Of a stretch of 28,450 bases of DNA, positions 1 to 8,544 are shown in pieces. The stretch spans positions 9,509-37,958 of the forward strand of contig CAYQQE010000001.1 of the NCBI GenBank assembly GCA_964419915.1, given 5' to 3'. The translations under genes were made by a program, and so were the position numbers. Within the stretch, counting starts at the first letter, position 1. Every line of letters starts with the position of its first letter. The stretch is from Candidatus Woesearchaeota archaeon (lineage in GTDB: Archaea > Nanobdellota > Nanobdellia > SCGC-AAA011-G17 > ARS1178). The notes beneath the pieces were generated by a model. That model was not told the origin of the DNA. It ran no database searches and saw only the letters and a program-made list of their open reading frames with translations.

Positions 1-513
1 TAATTTGTCATCAATACAAATCCCAAAAATACTATCGCCTTTTTGTATATAATTAAAAGTGGTTTCTCCTTCTTTACCTTTTTCAATACCATCACTATCT
101 TTCAAAAAATTAATAAAATCTGGATCAATTTCAATACTTTTTTCAATCTCCAATGGATCAATAATATAACAAGTATAAATGTCATCACCACCCAAATTAC
201 TCTTAATATCATTTATTTTACTTTCTCCAAACATCCACCAACATTTACGCATCAACGAAGCTATTTTAGTCTGTACCTCAAAACTACTTCCTTTAACACC
301 AACTTTCTGTGGCATACAAGCTAAAGGAAAAAAATTAAAACCAAGATGAGTTTTGCTAGCAACCCTAACACTAAAAGCACATAACATATCACTCCAACCA
401 ACTTTCCCCCTTTCAACAAACATCAAAACCACACTAACAATTATCAAAAAGCTAATTAAAACCAAAATCAATTTAACCAAAACTTCAACTGTTAATTTTC
501 CTCTTTTTATCAT
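1..513 (-). CDS. Pilin-like protein with class III signal peptide; 3' end truncated by window edge; absent from supplied ORF track
   Basis: Manual translation from ATG at 513 is open to position 1: MIKRG|KLTVEVLVKLILVLISFLIIVSVVLMF...CAFSV...LAC...RKCWWMFGE...TC. Basic-Gly cleavage site, Glu at +5, hydrophobic helix, several Cys. Starts 31 nt after the stop of 545..1195 on the same strand. Lys at +1 is atypical. Confidence 0.8.
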   Translation of the reverse strand, partial: MIKRGKLTVEVLVKLILVLISFLIIVSVVLMFVERGKVGWSDMLCAFSVRVASKTHLGFNFFPLACMPQKVGVKGSSFEVQTKIASLMRKCWWMFGESKINDIKSNLGGDDIYTCYIIDPLEIEKSIEIDPDFINFLKDSDGIEKGKEGETTFNYIQKGDSIFGICIDDKL

Positions 514-544
514 TTTATATTCTAAAAACTCTTTAATATTTAAA

Positions 545-1195
545 TTAGTTTTCTTTTTCAATCTTCCTATAATTCTCAACAAAAGTCCTAATATCTCTAA
601 TATATTGATTAACATCACATTCCGAAGCAGGGCAATACTTAGGAATAATTTTCTCAACACTATCCAAACCAGAACCAACATAAGCAGGTCCAGAAATTAA
701 CCCATACCACGCAACAATACCATCATCCCAAGATCTATAAACACACCATCTATTATTGTATTTAGAAACACATTTCTCAGCAACATATTCTAAATTACCA
801 ATACTTCTTGTATGCTTAGCAACACCAAACTTCCCATAAGTAGATTCCTTAGCAAAAAAAGCCAAAGCAAAAGCAGGATCAATTCCATACCTAACACCAT
901 CATTAAAAAAAACATTTCCTTTACCAACAGCAGGAGACCCAGCATTTTTTAAGACTTTATCAATAGTTTCAATAGAAATACTTGGTTTTCCAACAACTTT
1001 CAAATTCCCTAAAGGAACATCAACTATCTCCCTTGGTTTTGAATCATTCAACCTCTCACCAACACCCCATCTAAAAAAACCTTTCTCATAACCTTCACTA
1101 CTAATATTACTAACAGCCTTCCACACACCCAACATTCCTAATAACAATACCAAACCCAACAAAATAAAAATCAAACTATTAAACTGTCCTTTCAT
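545..1195 (-). CDS. Class III signal-peptide (pilin-like) protein with C-terminal lysozyme-like / GH73 glucosaminidase-type domain
   Basis: N-terminus MKG|QFNSLIFILLGLVLLLGMLGVW fits the archaeal prepilin-peptidase motif. C-terminal half has YGIDPAFALAFFAKESTYG (catalytic-Glu helix of the lysozyme superfamily), SIGNL, YRSWDDGI and IIPKYCP...NQYI. ATG overlaps the TAA of the upstream TadC-like gene (TAATG at 1197-1193). Confidence 0.75.
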   Translation of the reverse strand: MKGQFNSLIFILLGLVLLLGMLGVWKAVSNISSEGYEKGFFRWGVGERLNDSKPREIVDVPLGNLKVVGKPSISIETIDKVLKNAGSPAVGKGNVFFNDGVRYGIDPAFALAFFAKESTYGKFGVAKHTRSIGNLEYVAEKCVSKYNNRWCVYRSWDDGIVAWYGLISGPAYVGSGLDSVEKIIPKYCPASECDVNQYIRDIRTFVENYRKIEKEN

Positions 1196-3255
1196 TATCC
1201 ACCTCTCAATATCATACTGGCAAATCCCTTAAATACTAAAACACCTATTAAACTAACTAAGCAATACAACATAGTACTCCTAAATAAATTTTTACCTAAA
1301 CCATATTCAACACTTAACCTATCATCACCACTTTCAATTTTTTCACTCAAAACAGTCAATATGATTATAACTTGAACAACATATAAACCAACAACTAATT
1401 GGAAAAAATAAGGAGGAATAACATTCTGTACATCAAAAGGTAAGCCTTCCAAACTAGTTCCAATAACAGGAATCTCACCTTCAAACCCCTCTGTACCCAA
1501 CTCACTTAACCTACCAATAACAGAACTTATCAAAGAAGCAATAGCCACAACAATTCCAGCTATAACTGGTGTCAAAAAACCAATCTGACCTTTCATAGAT
1601 GTTACAACATCCGACAACAAATCCTTCAATCTTTCTTCAACCTGCCTAATACTCTTAGCATACTCAGAAATACTAATCAAAGCTCTACTAACAACACCAT
1701 AACCTTTCCTCGCAGTTTCTATCATAACTCTCATAGAACTACTTATTAAAGGACTTGGAAAACCAAGAATAGCTCCTCTTTCTTTATCAAATATTGCTCT
1801 TTCAATTCCCATACCAAATCTCAAATTAGTATCAACATTTTTAAAAAATTTTCCAGTTTCTGTCCCTTCTTTATCACCTGCAACTTTACCAACAGCTAAT
1901 TCTACAGGCAAACCATCTTCTATCCTATTACCTAATTGAAATAAAGAACTAGCAAACTCCCTCTCCAATCTCTTTGTATTTTCTCTTATTTTAATTATGT
2001 CTTTGGTTTTTAATTTATAATAACTACCTAAACCAAAAGCTAAACTCAAAGGCAAAAATAAACTTAATATTAAAGGAACCAAACCTAATGGTCCAGTACA
2101 AACATCTCCCCTACATTTATAATCTAACAAACCATTCAAAAATAAATTATCAGGATATAAATAATGTAATATAATAGGGCTTAACCCAATCAACAATATT
2201 AAAACCCCTAAAAAACCACCAATCAAAAGCGCATTTCCAACATCGATTTTGAATCCCCCTTCCAACTCTCTTTCACCATAACCAGTTGGCCTTTTACTTA
2301 AAATAGAATTACCTAACCACAAAACAAAAATTGGTAAAAAAATATTATACAAAACAGCCAAATGATACCATCTTATTAAACCACCCATAAAACTTCCTAT
2401 TAATGGAAATATAACCAAACCCAAGATAGGTAAAACAACACCCAACATATGTAACATTGTAATAGGATTTTTTAAATCATGTGCAAAATGCAACATCTTT
2501 TCATAAGTTCCATTAACCATAACATCCAAAGCCCTGTCTAACATCTTTAATCTTCCTTCTTCTTCCACTTCATACAAACTCCCTTCTATTAAATGAAAAC
2601 TCTCTACAAAATTCTCCTCATCTTTCCATACTCTCAAATAATTATCCAAAGATTCAGCAACATTACTATACCTCCCAGTTTCCACATCCCACAAAACTTT
2701 CATCAAATCTAAATTCAAAGGTTCACCAACATGTTCAGCTGCAAACCTTACAGCATGTTCTAAATTACTAGTATGCCTCATATACATCATAATATACAAA
2801 ATACACAAAACCATTTGATTCCCTGCTTTTAATCTCCATTTATTAGCTGAATAATTAGGATAATTACTAACATACACATAACTAACAACTCCAACTATTA
2901 ACCACAAAGCAACAATCAGAAAATTTACTTTCTGAATAAAACTTCCCGTAGATGCATTAAATATAGCAGTTAAAAAACCACTGAACAAACCTAAAAAAAT
3001 AAAAAACAATAAAACTAAAACACCTAAACTAACAACACCAACCGGTTTAACATCTAAATGCGTAACCCTAATACTTTCTTTTAATTTTTCTAAACTCTTT
3101 TTATCAGGACCGATATTTAAAAATTCAGCAAATTTACATGCTTTCTCATAAAAATTCCTATTTCTCCATATATTTTTCCTAAATTCTGTATATTCTATAG
3201 AAGGAACATACTCATTTATATCATATCTTTCAAATATTTCATCTATCTTATCCAT
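1195..3255 (-). CDS. Type IV pilus membrane platform protein (TadC/ArlJ-like, two T2SSF domains)
   Basis: 686 aa polytopic protein with two soluble T2SSF-like segments (MRHTSNLEHAVRFAAEHVGEPL; LFQLGNRIEDGLPVELAVGKV), each followed by TM helices. Directly downstream of the pilus ATPase (1 nt gap). Confidence 0.88.
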   Translation of the reverse strand: MDKIDEIFERYDINEYVPSIEYTEFRKNIWRNRNFYEKACKFAEFLNIGPDKKSLEKLKESIRVTHLDVKPVGVVSLGVLVLLFFIFLGLFSGFLTAIFNASTGSFIQKVNFLIVALWLIVGVVSYVYVSNYPNYSANKWRLKAGNQMVLCILYIMMYMRHTSNLEHAVRFAAEHVGEPLNLDLMKVLWDVETGRYSNVAESLDNYLRVWKDEENFVESFHLIEGSLYEVEEEGRLKMLDRALDVMVNGTYEKMLHFAHDLKNPITMLHMLGVVLPILGLVIFPLIGSFMGGLIRWYHLAVLYNIFLPIFVLWLGNSILSKRPTGYGERELEGGFKIDVGNALLIGGFLGVLILLIGLSPIILHYLYPDNLFLNGLLDYKCRGDVCTGPLGLVPLILSLFLPLSLAFGLGSYYKLKTKDIIKIRENTKRLEREFASSLFQLGNRIEDGLPVELAVGKVAGDKEGTETGKFFKNVDTNLRFGMGIERAIFDKERGAILGFPSPLISSSMRVMIETARKGYGVVSRALISISEYAKSIRQVEERLKDLLSDVVTSMKGQIGFLTPVIAGIVVAIASLISSVIGRLSELGTEGFEGEIPVIGTSLEGLPFDVQNVIPPYFFQLVVGLYVVQVIIILTVLSEKIESGDDRLSVEYGLGKNLFRSTMLYCLVSLIGVLVFKGFASMILRGG

Positions 3256-3256
3256 T

Positions 3257-5443
3257 TTACCTTTTTTTCACTTCTTCTCCCAACCACCTTTCCCATTTAC
3301 TAAAAATCATCTTATTATCCAAACCACCAACCTCTTCTAAAACTACATCACTTATCTTATGAAACATATCGTTACTCAAAATAACAAATCCTGCTTCTAA
3401 TAATTCTAAATTTTTACTTTTATCAGCATATCTAACTAAAGTTTCTTTAATCTTAGCTCTCAATAGTATATTTTCCCAAACAGCATTCCAATCACCAACC
3501 CATTCCTTAACACTTCCCGCTATATTCTTCAAAACATCACTATCTCCATTTACTAAATCATCACTAATCTCTAATTCATCTTTCTTAGGATTATATTTCA
3601 TCAAATCAACAAAACCTTGCTCTCTTAAAGGATCCTCTTCCCAACCCTTCCTAACTTCAGTTACTTGCTGTAATCTTTTCCAAGTATGCAAACCATCAGG
3701 ACTCTTTATAGGATTACAAACAAGTATCACATCAGTTGCTTTAAAACTTGTCTTAGGAACTTTCAAATCATTAACAACTCTATCAAAAACACCATAAGGA
3801 CTATCACCATGTATTGTTCCAGCAACAACATTTGCTAAAGCACCAATCCGCATAGCCTCATACAATGCTAATGCTTCTTTACTTCTTATTTCACCGACAA
3901 TTAAACTACTATCACCCATTCTCAAACTTGTTCTAATCCCTTCATCAGCAGCCATTTCAGAAGTAGCTTTTGTTATAGCAGCTCTAACTTTCATTGGTTG
4001 AATATTATATCCTAATCCCCTTAATTTTTCTGTAGGCAATTCCATTGTGTCTTCTATTGTAATTATCCTGTACTTCCTCATAATTTCAACTAAACAAGCA
4101 CCTAACAAACTTGTTTTCCCTGAACTCCTAGTCCCTGCTATTAAAAGACTCCTTGAACCATCAATCAAAAAACTAATCAAACCAGCACTTAAGGGGTTCA
4201 ACATTTTATTTCTAATATACAAAGGCAAAGTCCATGGCATATCTCTATGTCTCCTTAAAGAATAACCCAAACCCCATGGATTCAAAGGACTTCCAACAAC
4301 AGCAACTCTTACTCTAGCATCAGGTAGTATTAACTCAGTATCTAAAACAGGATTTGCTTCATCTAAAGGTCTTCCACTTAACATCCTCAATCTAGATGCC
4401 CAACCAACACCATCCTCCCTAGAAGGTATTATATTAGTAACACATTCTCCATAATCTTCATGAACAACAAACACTGGTGTTTCTCCTATTGGCCCATTAA
4501 TAACAATGTCTTGTATTTTCTTATCTTTTAACAAAACCTCAATAAATCCAAAACCAACAGTATACCTAACTAACATCTCAGCTAATTCATCAATCTCACT
4601 TAAATCCATTTCAATTTTCTCTCTTTCACTTAATTCAATCAACAAATCTTTACTGATATTAAAAAAAGTTTGTCTCATCCTTTCAGGGTCTATAAATTCT
4701 TCTGCTCTTGGTTCATGTCTAGATAGAATCACCTTTGCCATATCTAATAAATCATATTTATCTTCAGAAATCAGAAACTCCCTAGGCATTATATGATACA
4801 AATATTTAACATCATTAGGAACTTCAAAAATACTAACCCTAATATTTTCAATTTCATAACTATCTAACTCTACTCCGTCTAATGGTTGTCTAGCCATTAA
4901 TCTAGTAAATACAAAATTTGGCATTACACTTGGTCTAAGTAATTTCTTATACAACTCCCTATTTCCTAAAACATAACCGTCTAATCTACCCTTCACTTTA
5001 TTGATTAATTTAGTTTTATCCAACATAAACAAAATCTTCATCAAAACCTTCTTATATTCCTCATCAAGACTCTCTCTCAACAATCTCCTTAATTCAACAT
5101 ATGCACCAATAGGATCACTTAACAACAAACCCAAAACAAATCTTAAATCTCCATACATAGCAGCCATGACAGAAATATCTCTTTGTTTAACAATCTGATT
5201 GTACAAACCACTAATTTCCACCAACATCTGTGTCTGCTCATAATCATAAGAATAATTTCTTCTATGTATTAAAACAACCCTATTAACAGGTCTTCTTATC
5301 AAATTAGAGATAACATTTGCCATGCATCTGCTATCTTCCTCAAGAGAAGCACTAAAATTAGCTCCAAAACAATTTATTTTCATAACTGTTTCATTACCCT
5401 CTTTTACAATTTCGTAACTTCCTGCCTTTTTTTCCATTACCAC
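3257..5443 (-). CDS. Type IV pilus / secretion ATPase (TadA/CpaF/VirB11 family)
   Basis: Walker A AGTRSSGKT, Asp box RIITIEDTMEL, Walker B LIVGEIR, His box GTIHG, and KIQDIVING. Start is either GTG 5443 or ATG 5437. Confidence 0.93.
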   Translation of the reverse strand: MVMEKKAGSYEIVKEGNETVMKINCFGANFSASLEEDSRCMANVISNLIRRPVNRVVLIHRRNYSYDYEQTQMLVEISGLYNQIVKQRDISVMAAMYGDLRFVLGLLLSDPIGAYVELRRLLRESLDEEYKKVLMKILFMLDKTKLINKVKGRLDGYVLGNRELYKKLLRPSVMPNFVFTRLMARQPLDGVELDSYEIENIRVSIFEVPNDVKYLYHIMPREFLISEDKYDLLDMAKVILSRHEPRAEEFIDPERMRQTFFNISKDLLIELSEREKIEMDLSEIDELAEMLVRYTVGFGFIEVLLKDKKIQDIVINGPIGETPVFVVHEDYGECVTNIIPSREDGVGWASRLRMLSGRPLDEANPVLDTELILPDARVRVAVVGSPLNPWGLGYSLRRHRDMPWTLPLYIRNKMLNPLSAGLISFLIDGSRSLLIAGTRSSGKTSLLGACLVEIMRKYRIITIEDTMELPTEKLRGLGYNIQPMKVRAAITKATSEMAADEGIRTSLRMGDSSLIVGEIRSKEALALYEAMRIGALANVVAGTIHGDSPYGVFDRVVNDLKVPKTSFKATDVILVCNPIKSPDGLHTWKRLQQVTEVRKGWEEDPLREQGFVDLMKYNPKKDELEISDDLVNGDSDVLKNIAGSVKEWVGDWNAVWENILLRAKIKETLVRYADKSKNLELLEAGFVILSNDMFHKISDVVLEEVGGLDNKMIFSKWERWLGEEVKKR

Positions 5444-5523
5444 TTTTTTATACTCACATAAATTTATTATAAAATACCTTAGATATATTAATTAATAAGC
5501 ATATTAAAATAACTTTCGTTAAA

Positions 5524-5871
5524 ATGCCACAACAAGAATTATCACAAATAATCCAAGATATAGACTCAAGAATAAGATCGCTAGAAGCAAAGAACACCTT
5601 ATTAAGAGAAAGAGTAGAAAATATAAACCAAAATTCACTAAATCAAAATAAAAAATATATTTTCGAATTAAAAAAAACAAATATGGAATTTGAGAAAATA
5701 AAAACAGAAATTACTTCAATTAAAAAATTCCTAAATCAAATAACAAAAGAGCTAAAACTTTTTGCAAAAAAAGAACAGATTAAAACTCTTGAGAAATACA
5801 TAGATTTATTAAATCTAAAAGAGTTTATAACAAAAAAAGAATTAGATGAAATCCTTAAAAATAAAAAATGA
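5524..5871 (+). CDS. Coiled-coil hypothetical protein
   Basis: 115 aa with heptad pattern (IDSRIRSLEAKNTLLRERVENI; LEKYIDLL). ATGA overlap with the next gene. Divergent from the pilus ATPase. Confidence 0.8.
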   Translation: MPQQELSQIIQDIDSRIRSLEAKNTLLRERVENINQNSLNQNKKYIFELKKTNMEFEKIKTEITSIKKFLNQITKELKLFAKKEQIKTLEKYIDLLNLKEFITKKELDEILKNKK

Positions 5872-6443
5872 TTGATACACCAATACAAATTGTTTCAAAC
5901 ATGAAAAAACAAGGTTTAAACAATAACCAAATAATCCAATACCTACAAAGAGAAGGTTATCCTCCATCTCAAATTAATGAAGCTCTACAACAATCAGAAA
6001 TGACATCTGGTTATCAAGAAAGCACTTTATCTAAAAGAACACAAGAACCACTACCAGAAATACCAACACCAGAACCAATTCCAACAGAACTAGTTACTCA
6101 ACCACAATTTTCACAACCAGTTTTTATTCCAGATTATGAAACATCCAATCGTGATCTTCAAGAACAAATAGAAATCATAACAGAATCAATCATCTCAGAA
6201 AAATGGAAAGAATTTCTAAAAAACATCGGAAACATATCAACATGGAAATTAAATATAGAATCCCAAATAACAAACTTACAAAAAGATTCCAAAAAAACAC
6301 AGATGGAAATAGAAAATCTAAAACAAACAATCTTAAATAAAATTGACCAATATCAAGAATCAATTTCTGAAGTAAATGCTGAGATGAAGGCCTTAGAAAA
6401 ATTATTCAAAGAATTACTTCCTTCTATTAAAAAACTTAAATAA
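5868..6443 (+). CDS. Hypothetical protein: small N-terminal helical domain, Pro/Glu-rich linker, C-terminal coiled coil
   Basis: 191 aa: QGLNNNQIIQYLQREGYPPSQINEAL, low-complexity PLPEIPTPEPIPTE linker, coiled-coil C-terminus (ISEKWKEF...EMKALEKLFKELLP). Coupled to the upstream gene. Confidence 0.8.
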   Translation: MIDTPIQIVSNMKKQGLNNNQIIQYLQREGYPPSQINEALQQSEMTSGYQESTLSKRTQEPLPEIPTPEPIPTELVTQPQFSQPVFIPDYETSNRDLQEQIEIITESIISEKWKEFLKNIGNISTWKLNIESQITNLQKDSKKTQMEIENLKQTILNKIDQYQESISEVNAEMKALEKLFKELLPSIKKLK

Positions 6444-6444
6444 C

Positions 6445-6978
6445 CTACTTAGAACTAGCTAACAATCTCATAGCCTGACTAGCAACCAACAATAAAAAAG
6501 CTGCTCCTAAAATCTTCGGATTAAATAATATCTTACCAGCCGTTACCCCTAGACCACCAGCACCAGGTTCACCAGCAGTTATTCCTTGTATAACATCGCC
6601 ATAAGCATTAGAAAAAGCAAATATCAAAATTATAATACTAATAACTAATAAAGTAGAAAACATAGCAGATGTATTAAAAAACTTCCCAACATCCTCTGCT
6701 GAAACCCCCATAAACAAGAATATCACAACCATAAAAAGAATAAAAAAGAATAAAACCACAAAGGGTCCTACCATAAATTCTATTAACTTTACTAAACCAG
6801 GAGTCAATAAAACAATAAAAGCAATAACCAAAGCAATCAAACTATTCAAATTCTGTTTATCTTTCCCTAAAGCTTTGCTTTTCTCCAAAATAGCAAAGAT
6901 AACAACAAAAATAAAAATAAAACTTATGATAGGTCTAAAATATTTCAAAACCTCAATACTTATTACAGGAATTGCCAT
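6445..6978 (-). CDS. Polytopic membrane protein, paralog 3 of tandem triplet
   Basis: About 5 TM helices; shares motif FIFIFVVIFAILEKSKALG...NLNSLIALVIAF with both neighbours. Confidence 0.85.
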   Translation of the reverse strand: MAIPVISIEVLKYFRPIISFIFIFVVIFAILEKSKALGKDKQNLNSLIALVIAFIVLLTPGLVKLIEFMVGPFVVLFFFILFMVVIFLFMGVSAEDVGKFFNTSAMFSTLLVISIIILIFAFSNAYGDVIQGITAGEPGAGGLGVTAGKILFNPKILGAAFLLLVASQAMRLLASSK

Positions 6979-6989
6979 TTTTATTTAAT

Positions 6990-7577
6990 TTATTTCCCCG
7001 TTAAAAATTTTTCAAAATTCTTTAACCCGTCCATCCAACCTTTTCCTTCTTTTTCTGGTTCTCTAACAACAAACCATATCACTAAAACAAATAGAGCTAT
7101 TGTTACAATAACAGCCTTATCTGTATCGCTTAACCACAACCACACAGGCCATCCTATCAATAAATTTTCAGGTATCAATGCCCATATCAAAGCGATAATT
7201 GAAATAAATACTGCAATTATATGTGTAAAACCTAAAACATCACTGTCTTTTGAAAACAAACCAATTAACATCAAAAACATTAAACCAGCTAAGATAGCCA
7301 ATGAAACTTTAGGTAAAAATGAATATAAATACAAAACTAAATCAGTTTGTGTTATAAATATTAATGATAATATAAATGCTAAGGTAATATTCAAATTTTT
7401 TCTAGGTTCGCCGCCTTTATCAGTACCTAAAATCTTAATCTTCTGCAATAAAGCAAATATCACTGTAAAAATTAACAAAAAAGGTAATACTACTTCATAA
7501 CCTCCCATCCTTTCAAACCAATTCAAAATTTCACCAAAATAAGTTCCAGATCCAATATTTACAAATTGAAAAATCAT
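6990..7577 (-). CDS. Polytopic membrane protein, paralog 2 of tandem triplet
   Basis: LPFLLIFTVIFALLQKIKILG...EPRKNLNITLAF; about 5 TM helices; 4-nt overlap with the upstream paralog. Confidence 0.85.
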   Translation of the reverse strand: MIFQFVNIGSGTYFGEILNWFERMGGYEVVLPFLLIFTVIFALLQKIKILGTDKGGEPRKNLNITLAFILSLIFITQTDLVLYLYSFLPKVSLAILAGLMFLMLIGLFSKDSDVLGFTHIIAVFISIIALIWALIPENLLIGWPVWLWLSDTDKAVIVTIALFVLVIWFVVREPEKEGKGWMDGLKNFEKFLTGK

Positions 7578-8104
7578 TTTTTACCCTCCTTTTTATTACC
7601 TCCAACTACATAAAATATAGCACCGATGATTATAACAAAGAATATCAAAGTTGGTATTACGGTCTCATTCCAATTCATCTCTGCATAATCTACAATTTTA
7701 TCTAACCAACCAATAGCATTAAAAAATATACCTAAAACCACAAAAAAAGCAATTATGAAAACCAAACCTTTTTGCCATCCTACCTCTAACTTTACCTCGC
7801 TAGTCCCCCAAAACAAACCAACCAACATTAATAAACTAACAGCTATTATCAAAACCAAAGCAACTTCAGGTAATGCCTGGTTTATTACTTCCACTAACCT
7901 TATAATACTTATAAAAATCAGACCAATAACAAAAGCAACCATGGAATTCAAATTCCTTCTTGGTTCTCCTTTTTCCTCTCCTAAAACCCTAGTTTTTTCT
8001 AATATAGCAAAAACTATGGTAAAAACCAACAAAAAAGGAAGAACTATATCAAACATACCAAATTTATGAAAAAACTCTATTGTATTAGCTAATACTGACG
8101 CCAT
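7574..8104 (-). CDS. Polytopic membrane protein, paralog 1 of tandem triplet
   Basis: LPFLLVFTIVFAILEKTRVLG...EPRRNLNSMVAF; about 5 TM helices; SD-like GAGGT (8115-8111) and TTTATATA (8143-8136) upstream. Confidence 0.87.
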   Translation of the reverse strand: MASVLANTIEFFHKFGMFDIVLPFLLVFTIVFAILEKTRVLGEEKGEPRRNLNSMVAFVIGLIFISIIRLVEVINQALPEVALVLIIAVSLLMLVGLFWGTSEVKLEVGWQKGLVFIIAFFVVLGIFFNAIGWLDKIVDYAEMNWNETVIPTLIFFVIIIGAIFYVVGGNKKEGKK

Positions 8105-8186
8105 TTAATAACCTCTTTTATTCCTCGTTTCTTTTTATATAAATATTACTAATATAAAAACTTTATTATTTATTTAATCAGAATTC

Positions 8187-8462
8187 TCAATCTTCTACTT
8201 CTACATCTCTCTCAGGGTTTGGAATTGCTGCTTTACTAATAATCATAACATCTCCGATTGACTTAACCAATTGATGTGGAATAACAACACCTTTAGCATT
8301 ACCCAAAACCTTACTCAAAAAACTATCCCTAGTTGCCTTTACTCTCCAACCATATACCTTATTAGAAACTATAATGCCCTCATCTACATTCCCAAAATAA
8401 TCCCCAGAATCAGTATAAACAGGCATATCATATAAATCATTTATCTTTCTTAATTTCAACAT
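8187..8462 (-). CDS. Single PRC-barrel protein (CdpB-like)
   Basis: LYDMPVYTDSGDYFGNVDE...KGVVIPHQLVKSIGDVMII is a PRC-barrel pattern. ATG 8462 is preferred over 8483 because TTTATATA (8492-8485) lies 22 nt upstream of it. Confidence 0.85.
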   Translation of the reverse strand: MLKLRKINDLYDMPVYTDSGDYFGNVDEGIIVSNKVYGWRVKATRDSFLSKVLGNAKGVVIPHQLVKSIGDVMIISKAAIPNPERDVEVED

Positions 8463-8544
8463 GCTTTCAAGAAATATTAACATATATATAAATTTTTGTA
8501 TAATTCAAAACATTTATTAACACTCCACCTTAATATTGCTACAA

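Noticed and set aside
43-700. Plus-strand ORFs 43..324 and 353..700
   Set aside because: Antisense shadows of the minus-strand genes 1..513 and 545..1195; low-complexity I/T/N/F translation with no motifs.
2090-2125. Cys-flanked RGD (CRGDVC) in a loop of the TadC-like protein
   Set aside because: Integrin-binding relevance is implausible here; a tripeptide match is expected by chance. The Cys pair is probably just a loop disulfide.
4047-5198. Plus-strand ORFs within the ATPase gene (4047, 4506, 5001)
   Set aside because: Fully nested antisense to a well-conserved ATPase.
1195-5443. Archaellum (ArlI/ArlJ) assignment
   Set aside because: No archaellin, ArlH (KaiC-like), ArlF/G or chemotaxis genes in the window; a generic Tad-like type IV pilus is better supported.
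8187-8462. PRC barrel as CdvA (ESCRT-type division)
   Set aside because: It lacks the long C-terminal coiled coil of CdvA, and no ESCRT-III/Vps4 genes are in the window.
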